Of a DNA stretch of 48,231 nt, positions 17,079 through 26,426 are shown in pieces (the first letter of the stretch is position 1; each line of letters begins with the position of its first letter). Position numbers and translations under genes: made by a program. Below the pieces are notes generated by a model. That model saw only the letters and a list, made by a program, of their open reading frames with translations, was not told the origin of the DNA and did not search any database. This stretch comes from Actinomycetota bacterium (lineage in GTDB: Bacteria; Actinomycetota; Acidimicrobiia; IMCC26256; JACDBD01). The stretch is taken from NCBI GenBank assembly GCA_046727755.1, contig JBKPDG010000002.1, positions 1 to 48,231 of the forward strand. The letters run 5' to 3'.

Positions 17079-18107
17079 TCAGCCGAAGAACACGCTGGCG
17101 ACGTCGTACAGCTTGGGATCGACGGTCTTGAGCTCGCGGACGCCCTCTTCGATCGGCACGCGAACGATGTCGGCTCCCTGCAATGCGACCATGATGCCGA
17201 ACTCACCGTCGTTCACGGCGTCGATCGCTTCGATGCCGAATCGTGTCGCGAGCACGCGGTCGTACGCGGTCGGCGTCCCGCCCCGCAGCACATGACCCAA
17301 GATCGTCACGCGGGTCTCGAAGCCGGTCCGCTGCTCGATCTCGGGCGCGAGGTCGTTGCTGATGCCGCCCAGGCGCACGTGCCCGAACTCGTCGACCTCA
17401 CCCGACTGGAGCGCCATCGTTCCCTCGACCGGTACGGCGCCTTCCGCCACCACCACGATCGAGAAGTTGGCGCCGCGCCGGTGCCGGTGCTTGATGCGGT
17501 CGCACACCTCGGCGATGTCGAACGGTTCCTCGGGCACGAGGATCACGTCGCCACCGCCGGCGATGCCCGAATAGGTCGCGATCCAACCGGCGTGCCGGCC
17601 CATCACCTCGACGACCATCACGCGGTCGTGACTCTCGGCCGTCGTGTGCAGGCGGTCGATGGCGTCGGTCGCGATCTGCACCGCGGTGTTGAAACCGAAC
17701 GTGAAGTCGGTCGCCGAGAGGTCGTTGTCGATGGTCTTCGGCACCCCGACAAGGCGAATCCCGTCCCCGGTCAGCTTGGCGGCGACGCCGAGCGTGTCCT
17801 CGCCGCCGATCGGGATCAGCGCGTCGATGCGCTCGCGCTTGATCGTGTCGTGCACGCGCGCGACACCGTCCTCGGTTTTGTACGGGTTCGTGCGCGAGCT
17901 ACCGAGGATCGTGCCCCCACGGTGGAGCAGCCCGCGGGTGTTTGCCGTCGTCAGGTCGACGGTCTCGAGGTCGATGACACCGCGCCAGCCGTGACGGAAC
18001 CCGACGAGGTTGTGGCCGTACACACCTTCGCCCTTCCGGACCACGGCCCGGATGACCGCGTTGAGACCCGGGCAGTCGCCGCCGCCGGTGAGCACGCCGA
18101 TCCGCAT
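17079..18107 (-). CDS. pfkA: 6-phosphofructokinase (actinobacterial PfkA type)
   Basis: MRIGVLTGGGDCPGLNAVIRAVV...PIGGEDTLG...GVPKTIDNDL...MGRHAGW. I chose the ATG at 18107 (GGAGG 5 nt upstream) rather than the ORF-track 18137. Phosphoryl-donor specificity cannot be read from the sequence alone. Confidence 0.9.
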   Translation of the reverse strand: MRIGVLTGGGDCPGLNAVIRAVVRKGEGVYGHNLVGFRHGWRGVIDLETVDLTTANTRGLLHRGGTILGSSRTNPYKTEDGVARVHDTIKRERIDALIPIGGEDTLGVAAKLTGDGIRLVGVPKTIDNDLSATDFTFGFNTAVQIATDAIDRLHTTAESHDRVMVVEVMGRHAGWIATYSGIAGGGDVILVPEEPFDIAEVCDRIKHRHRRGANFSIVVVAEGAVPVEGTMALQSGEVDEFGHVRLGGISNDLAPEIEQRTGFETRVTILGHVLRGGTPTAYDRVLATRFGIEAIDAVNDGEFGIMVALQGADIVRVPIEEGVRELKTVDPKLYDVASVFFG

Positions 18108-18231
18108 CTGCACCTCCGCCAACGCGTCTCCCTTCACGCGGGAGCCACGCCCATCCTGCCGCAGTCGTGGCGAACCGCGGAAGGGGGCAAACGGTGACCG
18201 GTAACCTCACGCATCGGGAGGCAGAGGCGCC

Positions 18232-18654
18232 GTGAGTCGTAGGCGGGTGCGCGAGCAGATCATCGCCGCCACGAAGCCCGCGCTCGGCGGCGGCGAGTAC
18301 GTCCGCTCGTGCAGCGCGGTGTGGGCGACGGAATGCGGCGGCCGGGTGCCGCTGCTGTTCCGCGGCCGCTCGCGCCACTACCTTGCGCTCACCGACCAGC
18401 GGCTGATCCTGTTCCGAGCTCCACGACGGAGGCGCCCGTTGACCCGGGAGGAGATCCTCATCGCCAAACGTCACTCGTCATTCACGCTCGAGAAGACGCG
18501 TCGGTTCTCCCCGTTGCTGCAGGTGCGGATCCGGGATGCCGTCGACCGGGAGATCGCGCTCGAGTTCCGCCCTCGCGACCGGGAGGTCGGGCGGGAGCTC
18601 ACGACCGTGCTCGGCGGACAGCCACGGCATCCGTCCGACGTGGCCGAGTGGTGA
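18232..18654 (+). CDS. Hypothetical protein (140 aa), translationally coupled to glpK
   Basis: The ORF has coding-like codon usage and no motif I recognise. Its TGA (18652-18654) overlaps the glpK GTG (18651). Confidence 0.55.
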   Translation: MSRRRVREQIIAATKPALGGGEYVRSCSAVWATECGGRVPLLFRGRSRHYLALTDQRLILFRAPRRRRPLTREEILIAKRHSSFTLEKTRRFSPLLQVRIRDAVDREIALEFRPRDREVGRELTTVLGGQPRHPSDVAEW

Positions 18655-20147
18655 GCGTCTGCCTGGCGATCGATGCCGGCACGACCGGCGTGCGCGCGTT
18701 TGCGGTCGACGAGCACGGCCGCCCGGCGTGCTGGTCGTACCGGGAGTTCCCGCAGCACTTCCCGCAACCGGGATGGGTGGAACACGACCCGGACGAGATC
18801 TGGACGGCGACGATCGAGACGCTCGCCGAGGTGCAGGCCAAGCTGGCGGATGCCGGGCAGACCGTCACCACGATCGGGATCACGAACCAGCGGGAGACGG
18901 CCGTCGTGTGGGACCGGCGTACCGGCCGGCCGTTGCACCGGGCGATCGTCTGGCAGGACCGTCGGACGGCGGGACGGTGCGACGAGTTGCGGGCGGCGGG
19001 GACGGACCCGCTGATCCGCGAGCGGACCGGGCTCGTCCTCGACCCCTACTTCTCTGCCACCAAGCTGGAGTGGCTGCTCACCCGGGGCGGCGTCGAGGCC
19101 GGACCTGATCTCGCGTTCGGCACCGTCGACAGCTGGATCCTGTGGCGCCTCACCGGCGGCCCCGACGGCGGTGTGCACGCGACCGACCCGTCGAACGCCA
19201 GCCGCACGCTCCTCTACGACATCGACGCCCGCGGCTGGTCGGACGAGCTGTGCGCGCTGTTCCGCGTGCCGCGCTCGTGCCTTCCCGAGGTGCTCCCCAG
19301 CAGCGGGCGGTTCGGAATGACGACACGCGAGCACGCCGCCGGGCTTGACGTGCCCGTCAGCGGCATCGCCGGTGACCAGCAGTCGGCGCTGTTCGGACAA
19401 GCGTGCTTCGACATGGGCATGACCAAGAACACGTACGGCACCGGGTCGTTCGTGCTCATGAACCTCGGCCCGACACATCCGCCGCCGACCGAGGGTCTCC
19501 TGACCAGCGTGGCGTGGGACCTCGGCGGCGAAGTCGCGTACGTGATGGAGGGCGCCATCTTCGTGACCGGGGCCGCGATCCAGTGGCTGCGTGACGGAAT
19601 CGGCATCATCGGCGACGCCGCCGAGACCGGCTCGCTCGCCGCCAGCGTCGACGACAGCGGCGGCGTCGTGTTCGTCCCCGCGTTCACCGGGCTCGGCTCG
19701 CCGTGGTGGGACCCCTACGCGCGCGGCTCGGTGTTCGGGCTCACGCGCGGGTCAGGCCGGGCCCAGATCGCGCGGGCTGTGGTCGAGTCGATGGCGTGGC
19801 AGACGCGCGACGTCGTCGACGCGATCACGGCGGCGGCGGGCACGGAGATCAGTGAGCTCCGCGTTGACGGCGGCGCCAGCGTGATGGACGTGCTGTGCCA
19901 GTTCCAGGCCGACATCCTCGGAGTGCCCGTGCGGCGCCCGACCGTGCAGGAGACGACCGCGCTCGGCGCCGCGTACCTCGCCGGCCTGGCGGAAGGCGTC
20001 TGGGCGTCGCCGGCGGATGCAGCGGCGAGTTGGACCGAGGAGTCGGCCTTCGAGCCGTCCATGCTCGACGAGGACGTCGCCCGCAAGCGCGGCGAGTGGC
20101 ACCGTGCGATCGAGCGGGCGCGAGGGTGGGCGAGCGAAAACGCGTGA
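18651..20147 (+). CDS. glpK: Glycerol kinase
   Basis: The ORF-track entry 18309.. is over-extended. From the GTG at 18651: VSVCLAIDAGTTGVRAF...GITNQRETAVVWDRRTGRPL..AIVWQDRRT...DPYFSATKLEWLL...GIAGDQQSALFGQ...KNTYGTG, which are FGGY/GlpK signatures. Confidence 0.95.
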   Translation: MSVCLAIDAGTTGVRAFAVDEHGRPACWSYREFPQHFPQPGWVEHDPDEIWTATIETLAEVQAKLADAGQTVTTIGITNQRETAVVWDRRTGRPLHRAIVWQDRRTAGRCDELRAAGTDPLIRERTGLVLDPYFSATKLEWLLTRGGVEAGPDLAFGTVDSWILWRLTGGPDGGVHATDPSNASRTLLYDIDARGWSDELCALFRVPRSCLPEVLPSSGRFGMTTREHAAGLDVPVSGIAGDQQSALFGQACFDMGMTKNTYGTGSFVLMNLGPTHPPPTEGLLTSVAWDLGGEVAYVMEGAIFVTGAAIQWLRDGIGIIGDAAETGSLAASVDDSGGVVFVPAFTGLGSPWWDPYARGSVFGLTRGSGRAQIARAVVESMAWQTRDVVDAITAAAGTEISELRVDGGASVMDVLCQFQADILGVPVRRPTVQETTALGAAYLAGLAEGVWASPADAAASWTEESAFEPSMLDEDVARKRGEWHRAIERARGWASENA

Positions 20148-20150
20148 GCG

Positions 20151-20867
20151 CTACGCGACCGCCGCCGGCCTGGCGCCCTCGAGCGTCGCCAGCGGCACCG
20201 GCTCGACCGGCAGGTCTTCGGCCTTCTTGGTCGCGTACGTGTCGACGTACTCGTAGCCGGACAGCTGCTGGAGCTCGAACATCACCTCGTCGGTGAGCTG
20301 ACGCAACACGAGCCGGTCGTGCTCACGCCCGGTGTACCGGTCGGCGGTGATCGGCGCGCCGAATTGGATCCGGACGGTGCGGAACAGGCGCGGCAGCTTC
20401 TTCCCGATCGGGTTGATCTCGTCGGTACCCGTCATCCCGACAGGCACGATCGGCGCGCCCGTGCGCAACGCCAAGCGGGCGACGCCCGTATGACCACGAT
20501 GGAGATAGCCGTCCCGGGTGCGGGTGCCCTCGGGATAGATCCCGAACACCTGGCCGTTCTCCAGCACGTCGGTCGCCGAGGCGAGGGCCCGTTCGCTGGC
20601 GCTCCCCCCTTCGCGACGGATCGGGATCTGGCCCACGCCGCGGAAGAACCACGCCGTCTTCTTGTCGTCGAAGTACTCGGCCTTGGCGACGAAGGTGACC
20701 CGGCGCCGGATCACGAGCGGCAGGAACAGCGAGTCCATGAAAGACCGGTGGTTGGCGGCGAGGATCACCGGACCCTGGTGCGGCACGTGCTCGCGTCCCT
20801 CGATCCGCACCCGGTAACAGAGGCGCAGGATCGGCGTCAGGATCGCCTTGATGAGCCAGTAGAGCAC
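20151..20867 (-). CDS. plsC: 1-acyl-sn-glycerol-3-phosphate acyltransferase (PlsC family)
   Basis: Catalytic blocks AANHRSFMDS (HX4D) and GIYPEGTRTRDG. The ORF-track start (TTG 20972) lies inside an operator-like palindrome, so I prefer the GTG at 20867 (VLYWLIKAIL...). The start is uncertain within 20867-20972. Confidence 0.8.
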   Translation of the reverse strand: MLYWLIKAILTPILRLCYRVRIEGREHVPHQGPVILAANHRSFMDSLFLPLVIRRRVTFVAKAEYFDDKKTAWFFRGVGQIPIRREGGSASERALASATDVLENGQVFGIYPEGTRTRDGYLHRGHTGVARLALRTGAPIVPVGMTGTDEINPIGKKLPRLFRTVRIQFGAPITADRYTGREHDRLVLRQLTDEVMFELQQLSGYEYVDTYATKKAEDLPVEPVPLATLEGARPAAVA

Positions 20868-20955
20868 TGCTTCCCCCGGGTGGCGTGCGCGGAGCTTACG
20901 GACAAGCAGACGGCGGAGCGAGCGGAGCTCACCTTCTAAGTCGAAGTCGAACGTT

Positions 20956-20973
20956 CTTGACCGAATGGTCAAG
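20956..20973. promoter_or_regulatory. Perfect 7-4-7 palindrome CTTGACCgaatGGTCAAG (TetR-type operator candidate overlapping a -35)
   Basis: Read directly from the sequence. It lies in the plsC/TetR divergent region. TTGACC (20957-20962), a 17-nt spacer and TACCCT (20980-20985) form a promoter whose predicted TSS falls at about the TetR ATG (20994). Confidence 0.5.
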
Positions 20974-20993
20974 TGCTCCTACCCTCCCGGCGC

Positions 20994-21581
20994 ATGCGAC
21001 GCAAGCTCACGCAACGGGGGAAGGACCGCCGGCGTCAGCTGATGGAGCACGCCGCCGGCCTGTTCGCCGAGCGCGGGTACCACCCGACGTCCGTCGCCGA
21101 CATCGTCGAGAGCCTCGGCGTGGGCAAGGGCGTCTTCTACTGGTACTTCCCCTCGAAGGAGGAGCTGCTGGCCGAGATCCTGCGCGAATCGCAGCAGGAC
21201 CTGCGCCGCCGGCAGCAGCAGGCGATCGGCGACGAGCCGAATCCGGTGGAGCGCATCGAGCTCGGCATCCGCGCCACGATCGAGTGGTTCCTCGAGCATC
21301 GCAAGTACTTCACGCTGTTTCAGTTCGCCGCCAGCGACGAGCGCTTCGCGCCCGTGCTGCGCCGCAACCACGACGTCGCGATCGCCGACGCCGTGCGCCA
21401 CATCAAGGAGGCCATCGTCGAGGGTCTGGTCGCCGACCAGAACCCCGAGATGCTGGCCGAGGCGATCGTCGGTACCTGCAACCAGCTGACCCGCACGTAC
21501 GTGTTCGATCGCAACGAGCCCGTCGAGCGCACCACCGAAGCCGCCGTCAGCTTTTGCCTCCACGGCATAGTGGGCAAATAG
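20994..21581 (+). CDS. TetR/AcrR-family transcriptional regulator
   Basis: HTH RRQLMEHAAGLFAERGYHPTSVADIVESLGVGKGVFYWYFPSKEELL. I prefer the ATG at 20994 (MRRKLTQ...) because the ORF-track start at 20973 lies within the palindrome/promoter. Confidence 0.9.
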   Translation: MRRKLTQRGKDRRRQLMEHAAGLFAERGYHPTSVADIVESLGVGKGVFYWYFPSKEELLAEILRESQQDLRRRQQQAIGDEPNPVERIELGIRATIEWFLEHRKYFTLFQFAASDERFAPVLRRNHDVAIADAVRHIKEAIVEGLVADQNPEMLAEAIVGTCNQLTRTYVFDRNEPVERTTEAAVSFCLHGIVGK

Positions 21582-21623
21582 ACACACGCGCCGTCGCCGG
21601 GGCGTGTCGGCGCCCGTGCTCGT

Positions 21624-22799
21624 TCAGCCCAGTTTCGTGAGCGCGCGGCGGATGCCGCGGACGGCTTGGCCGATGCGCTGCTCGTTCTCGACGAGCGCGA
21701 AGCGCACGAAGCCCTCGCCGCCGGGCCCGAAGCCGACGCCCGGTGAGACGGCGACGCCCGCCTCGGGCACGAGCATCTTGGCAAACTCGAGGCTGCCCAT
21801 CTCCTCGTACGGCTCGGGGATCGGGGCCCAGACGAACATCGTGCCGCGCGGGCGTTCGATCTCCCACCCGCAGCGGGTGAGGCCGTCGATCAGCGCGTCG
21901 CGCCGGCCGCGGTAGACGGCGTTCACCTCAAGCGGGTAGTCGGGCGCCTCGTTCATCGCGACGATGGACGCGATCTGGATGGGTTGGAACGTGCCGTAGT
22001 CGAGGTAGCTCTTGAGCTTGCCCAGCGCGGCCACGACCTCAGCGTTCCCGAGCAGGAATCCCATCCGCCAGCCCGCCATCGAGAACGACTTCGTCAGCGT
22101 GTACAGCTCGACGGCGACGTCGGTCGCGCCCGGGACCTGCAGGATCGACGGCGGCTCGTACCCGTCGAAGCCGAGGTCGGCGTAGGCGAAGTCGTGGACG
22201 AGCAGCACCCCGTGCCGCTGGGCGAACTCGACCATGCGGGTCATGAAGTCGAGGTCGACGCACGCCGTCGTCGGGTTGTGCGGGAAGGAGAGGACGATCA
22301 CGCGCGGCCGTGGCCACGACTCCTCCCAGGCCTCGAGCAGGTTGGCGAAGAAGTCCTCTTCCGGCCCGAGACGCACGTGGCGGACCTCGGCGCCGGCGAA
22401 GATCGGGCCCCAGATGTGGATCGGGTACGACGGGCTCGGCACCAGGGCGGCGTCGCCGGGGCCGAGCAGCGTCCACATCAGGTGCGAGTAGCCCTCCTTC
22501 GCCCCGATCGTCGTGCACGCCTGGGTGTCGGGATCGAGCTCGACGCCGAATCGCCGCCGGTAGAGATCGGAGATCGCGAGGCGCAGCTTCGGGATGCCGC
22601 GGCTGGCCGAGTACCTGTGGTTCCGGGGGTTGCGCACCGCCTCGCACAACTTCTCTACCGCGATCGACGGTGACGGGATGTCGGGGTTGCCGAACCCGAG
22701 GTCGATGACGTCGTCGCCGGCGCGCCGGGCGCCCATCTTCAGCTCGTCGATGGTCGCGAAGACGTACGGCGGCAGAGCGTTGATGCGCCGGAACTCCAC
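21624..22799 (-). CDS. Class I/II PLP-dependent aminotransferase (AlaT/AspC-like)
   Basis: 391-aa ORF containing [19 protein letters not shown]...[11 protein letters not shown]...SFPHNPT...[13 protein letters not shown] (Lys-PLP). Confidence 0.9.
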   Translation of the reverse strand: MEFRRINALPPYVFATIDELKMGARRAGDDVIDLGFGNPDIPSPSIAVEKLCEAVRNPRNHRYSASRGIPKLRLAISDLYRRRFGVELDPDTQACTTIGAKEGYSHLMWTLLGPGDAALVPSPSYPIHIWGPIFAGAEVRHVRLGPEEDFFANLLEAWEESWPRPRVIVLSFPHNPTTACVDLDFMTRMVEFAQRHGVLLVHDFAYADLGFDGYEPPSILQVPGATDVAVELYTLTKSFSMAGWRMGFLLGNAEVVAALGKLKSYLDYGTFQPIQIASIVAMNEAPDYPLEVNAVYRGRRDALIDGLTRCGWEIERPRGTMFVWAPIPEPYEEMGSLEFAKMLVPEAGVAVSPGVGFGPGGEGFVRFALVENEQRIGQAVRGIRRALTKLG

Positions 22800-22852
22800 G
22801 GCACACGACCGTACCAGGCGGTGTTTCCGACCCCGGGTAGGGTTTCGGCGAC

Positions 22853-23557
22853 ATGCCCCCCATCGAAGCAGTGCTGGTCGACGTCGGCGGTGTGCTCGTC
22901 CTTCCCGACCACGATCGGATCACCGGCGCGCTCGAGCGGGCGGGGGTGCACGTCGACGGGTCCCGACTCGACCGCGCGCACTACGCCGGCGTCGCGGCTC
23001 TGACCGAGTTCAGTGAAGGCGATCGCGAAGTCTGGGCCGCGTACAACCGCGCCTATGCGCGTGCGTGTGGCGCTCCGGAAGACGCGCTCGACGAAGCCGT
23101 CGAGCACCTGCTGAACGAGTTCGCCACCGGTGAGGTGTGGAGCCGGACCGTTCCTGCTTCCGTCGACGCGCTCCGGCGGCTCGGCGCGCTCGGCGTGCAC
23201 CTGGCGATCGTGTCGAATGCGGACGGCAACGCCGAGCAACGTCTGCGCGACGACGGCATCTGCCAAGTCGGACCCGGTCGCGGCGCAACGGTCGGAGCGA
23301 TCTTCGACTCGACCGTGGTCGGCGTTGCCAAGCCGGACCCGCGGATCTTCGACCTCGCGCTCGACGCGCTCGCGGTGCCGGCGGCGCGTGCCATCCACGT
23401 GGGCGACACGCCCGGCGCCGACGTGGACGGTGCCCGCGCCGCCGGCGTCTACCCGGTCCTCGTTGACCCGTACGACCTTCACGCCGGTCTCGACGTCGAG
23501 CGTGTCGGCTCCCTGGCGGACGTCGTCGAGCTCGTTCGAGACCGTCAGCCCGCCTGA
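22853..23557 (+). CDS. HAD-superfamily hydrolase
   Basis: 234-aa ORF with motif [10 protein letters not shown], motif II IVSNAD and motif [19 protein letters not shown]. Confidence 0.85.
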   Translation: MPPIEAVLVDVGGVLVLPDHDRITGALERAGVHVDGSRLDRAHYAGVAALTEFSEGDREVWAAYNRAYARACGAPEDALDEAVEHLLNEFATGEVWSRTVPASVDALRRLGALGVHLAIVSNADGNAEQRLRDDGICQVGPGRGATVGAIFDSTVVGVAKPDPRIFDLALDALAVPAARAIHVGDTPGADVDGARAAGVYPVLVDPYDLHAGLDVERVGSLADVVELVRDRQPA

Positions 23558-23610
23558 TCGACGACGATCGGAACCCGGTACGCTCGGCGGCTTCGTCCAC
23601 ACTCAGTCTG

Positions 23611-24246
23611 ATGCGTCACGTTCCCCGAACAACCGCACTGATCGCCCTGGTCGCGGCGGCCGCGCTACCGGTGGCGTGCTCGGACGATTCCGATTCGAAG
23701 CGGGCCAAGCCGAAGACGACCGGGTAGGCGGAAGCGACCACAGCCAGCACGGCGCCGCCCATCACTGCCGCCGACGACCCGGCCTCGTGCATCCGCGGCA
23801 CGTTCCGCTTCACGCAGATGAACTACGACGGGCCGGTGCAGACGCAGTTCGGCCCGACCGTGATCATGGGCGGCATCGGCGGCCGTCGCATCGAGCTGAA
23901 GCCCGACAACACCTTCCACTTCACCGACGACGGCTCCGACACGGTGCAGTTCTCGCTGCTCGGCCAGGCAGGGAATCCGCCAACCAACGGCACGGCGGTC
24001 CTCAAGGCCGAGTCCGACGGCTCCTTCGTTCCTACTGGTCAGACGGCGAACTTCAATATCACGGCGTTGAGCGGCACGCTCGTCCTCACCCTCCAGAACG
24101 GCCAGGTCGTCAACATCCCCCTCCCCCCCGACGGGGCCGGCGTGAAGGAGACGTTCGGCCTCAACGGCGAGACGACGCATACGTGCCAGGGCAAGACGGT
24201 CACATTCCGGTTCCCCGCCCTCACGATCTCTCTGGAACGCGCGTGA
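23611..24246 (+). pseudogene. Secreted/lipoprotein-like gene interrupted by an in-frame TAG (signal-peptide ORF 23611-23727; body ORF 23818-24246)
   Basis: The ATG at 23611 gives MRHVPRTTALIALVAAAALPVAC|SDDSDSKRAKPKTTG, then TAG (23725-23727). The same frame continues AEATTASTAPPITAADDPASCIRGTFRFTQ-MNYDGPVQ... into the 142-aa track ORF. There is no in-frame ATG/GTG/TTG between the TAG and 23818. Confidence 0.55.
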
Positions 24247-24265
24247 CCTTCTGGGTACTGCGCAG

Positions 24266-25474
24266 CTAGTTCGCCTCGACGGGCGTGAACTTCACCGGCA
24301 TGTGCTTGATGCCGTTGATGAGGTTCATGTGCAGCCGCTCGACGGGACCGGTGAGCTCCATGTCCGGGACGATGCGGCGCAGCTCCTCGAACATGCAGTT
24401 GATCTCGAACCGGGCGAGGTTGGCGCCGAGGCAGAAGTGCGGCCCCCGGCCGCCAAAGGCGACGTGCTCGTTCGGGTCGCGGTCGACATCGAACGTGTGC
24501 GGATTCGGGAACTGTTCAGGGTCCCGGTTGGCGGCCGGGTACCACAACGTGATCTTGTCGCCATCCTTGATCGGAACATCGCGGATCTCGGTGTCTCGCG
24601 TCGCCGTACGCCGGAAGTAGTTGACCGGGCTCACGTAGCGAAGCATCTCCTCTACCGAGGACGCGAGTACGTCGGGCTCCCGCAGGAACTGCTCGCGCTG
24701 GTCGTCGTGCTCGAGGAGCGCAAGGGTCCCGCCTGTGATCAGGTTGCGCGTCGTCTCGTTGCCCGCTACCGCGAGCAACATGAAGAAGACGTTGAACTCC
24801 AGGACGGTGAGCTTCTCGCCGTCGACCTCGCCGGTGAGGAGCATGGTCACGATGTCCTCGCCGGGGTCGGCCAACCGCTCGTCGGCGAGGCGTTGCGCGT
24901 ACGCATAGAGCTCGGCCGCAACCTCCTGTACGTCGCTGTCGGCGCCGTACTCGGGGTCCTCGGCGCCGACCATCTTGTTCGACCACTCGAAGACCTTGTG
25001 TCGATCCGCTTGCGGCACGCCGATCAGCTCGGCGATCACGATGAGGGGCAGGTCGGCGGCGACCTCGGTGACGAAGTCGATCTCGCCCTTCGGCGCGACG
25101 CGGTCCACGATCTCCTTCGCCGCCACGCGCACGTGGCCCTCGATGGACCGGATGTGCCGGGGCGTGAACATGCGGCTCACGAGCTTGCGCAGGCGCGTGT
25201 GCCGGGGTGGGTCCTGGTTGATCATCATCAACCGAGTTCCCTCGTCGACCGGCCCGATGAACGCGCCGCCCACGTACGACGAGAACGTCTCGGGGTCGCG
25301 CTCGACCGCCATGACGTCGTCCCAGCGCGTGAGCGCCCAGAAGCCGGGGCCGTCGGGCTCCACGTGGTCGACCCACGCCACCGGATGCTCTCGACGCAGG
25401 AAGTCGAAGTACTCGTGGGGCGGACCGTTGAGGAAGGTGGCCCCGTCGGCGAGATCGACGTCTTTGATCCTCAT
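24266..25474 (-). CDS. Cytochrome P450, CYP125-like (steroid side-chain terminal hydroxylase family)
   Basis: Heme loop FGGRGPHFCLGANLAR and I-helix LAVAGNETTRN. By-eye similarity to M. tuberculosis CYP125 as I recall it: PPRHTRLRKLVSRMFTPR, FEWSNKMVGAEDPEY, VDGEKLT..EF..FFMLLAVAGNETTRN, NGIKHMPV. Confidence 0.9.
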   Translation of the reverse strand: MRIKDVDLADGATFLNGPPHEYFDFLRREHPVAWVDHVEPDGPGFWALTRWDDVMAVERDPETFSSYVGGAFIGPVDEGTRLMMINQDPPRHTRLRKLVSRMFTPRHIRSIEGHVRVAAKEIVDRVAPKGEIDFVTEVAADLPLIVIAELIGVPQADRHKVFEWSNKMVGAEDPEYGADSDVQEVAAELYAYAQRLADERLADPGEDIVTMLLTGEVDGEKLTVLEFNVFFMLLAVAGNETTRNLITGGTLALLEHDDQREQFLREPDVLASSVEEMLRYVSPVNYFRRTATRDTEIRDVPIKDGDKITLWYPAANRDPEQFPNPHTFDVDRDPNEHVAFGGRGPHFCLGANLARFEINCMFEELRRIVPDMELTGPVERLHMNLINGIKHMPVKFTPVEAN

Positions 25475-25570
25475 GCAGTCTCCTCTGGCGCCGTCGCAGG
25501 CTCCGGCTGTGCGGAATCGGTCGGCAAAGCCGCCGATTTCCGCCCAATCTAACCCGGAAACGGCCCCAGG

Positions 25571-25584
25571 TAGAATGTGTTCTA
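25571..25584. promoter_or_regulatory. KstR-type operator TAGAATGTGTTCTA
   Basis: Matches the mycobacterial KstR consensus TnnAACnnGTTnnA except for one base (AAT for AAC). It lies in the 139-nt divergent region between the P450 and the enoyl-CoA hydratase, 30 nt upstream of the hydratase ATG. Its left half, TAGAAT, doubles as a -10-like hexamer. Confidence 0.55.
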
Positions 25585-25613
25585 GTTTCTGTCAGCCGAC
25601 CCGAGGTGCCCCG

Positions 25614-26426
25614 ATGCCCGAGCTGCTCGACCTCAGTACCCAGCACTGCCGCGTCGAGCGCGACGGGCACGTCGTCGTCCTCACGATGGACCGGCCCGAG
25701 GCGCGCAACGCGCTCAGCCCCGACATGCTCGTGGGGCTCGCCGACGGGTTCGACTACGTCGACCGCGAGCCCGAGGTGCGGGTCGCGATCCTCACCGGCG
25801 CCGGCGGCCACTTCTCCTCTGGCGCCGACCTGAAGGCAATGTCGAACCCTTCGCAGAGCGAGCACGTGCGCACACGCATGGCCGAGGAGCCGAACCTCCA
25901 CTGGAAGGCGCTGCTGCGCGACTACCGGCTGTCGAAGCCGCTCGTCGCCGCCGTCGAGGGGTACGCGGTCGCCGGCGGCACCGAGATGCTCCAGGGCACC
26001 GACCTGCGCGTCGCCGCCGACACGGCCACGTTCGGCGTGTGGGAGGCGAAGCGGGCGCTGTTCCCGCTCGGGGGCTCCGCCGTGCGCCTCCCCCGCCAGA
26101 TCCCGTACGCGAGAGCGATGGACGTTCTCCTCACCTGCCGGCCCATCCCGGCGCACGAGGCGCTCGACCTCGGGCTGATCAGCCGGGTGGTGCCCGAGGG
26201 ACACGCCCTCGCCGCCGCCCGCGCCGTGGCGGAGCAAGTCGCCGCGAACGGACCGCTTGCGTGCCAGGCCATCCTGCGCGCATGGCGGGAGACCGAAGGC
26301 CTCCCCGACACGGAGGCCATGCAGATCCAGGACAAGATCGGCTGGGAGGTGTTCGCGAGCGAGGACGCAAAGGAGGGGCCACGCGCGTTCGCGGAGAAGC
26401 GCCCGCCGAGCTACAAGGGCAGGTGA
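25614..26426 (+). CDS. Enoyl-CoA hydratase/isomerase (crotonase family)
   Basis: The ORF-track entry 24975.. is over-extended (antisense of the P450). The ATG at 25614 gives MPELLDLSTQHCRVERDGHVVVLTMDRPEARNAL...LTGAGGHFSSGADLK...AAVEGYAVAGGTEM. Confidence 0.9.
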   Translation: MPELLDLSTQHCRVERDGHVVVLTMDRPEARNALSPDMLVGLADGFDYVDREPEVRVAILTGAGGHFSSGADLKAMSNPSQSEHVRTRMAEEPNLHWKALLRDYRLSKPLVAAVEGYAVAGGTEMLQGTDLRVAADTATFGVWEAKRALFPLGGSAVRLPRQIPYARAMDVLLTCRPIPAHEALDLGLISRVVPEGHALAAARAVAEQVAANGPLACQAILRAWRETEGLPDTEAMQIQDKIGWEVFASEDAKEGPRAFAEKRPPSYKGR

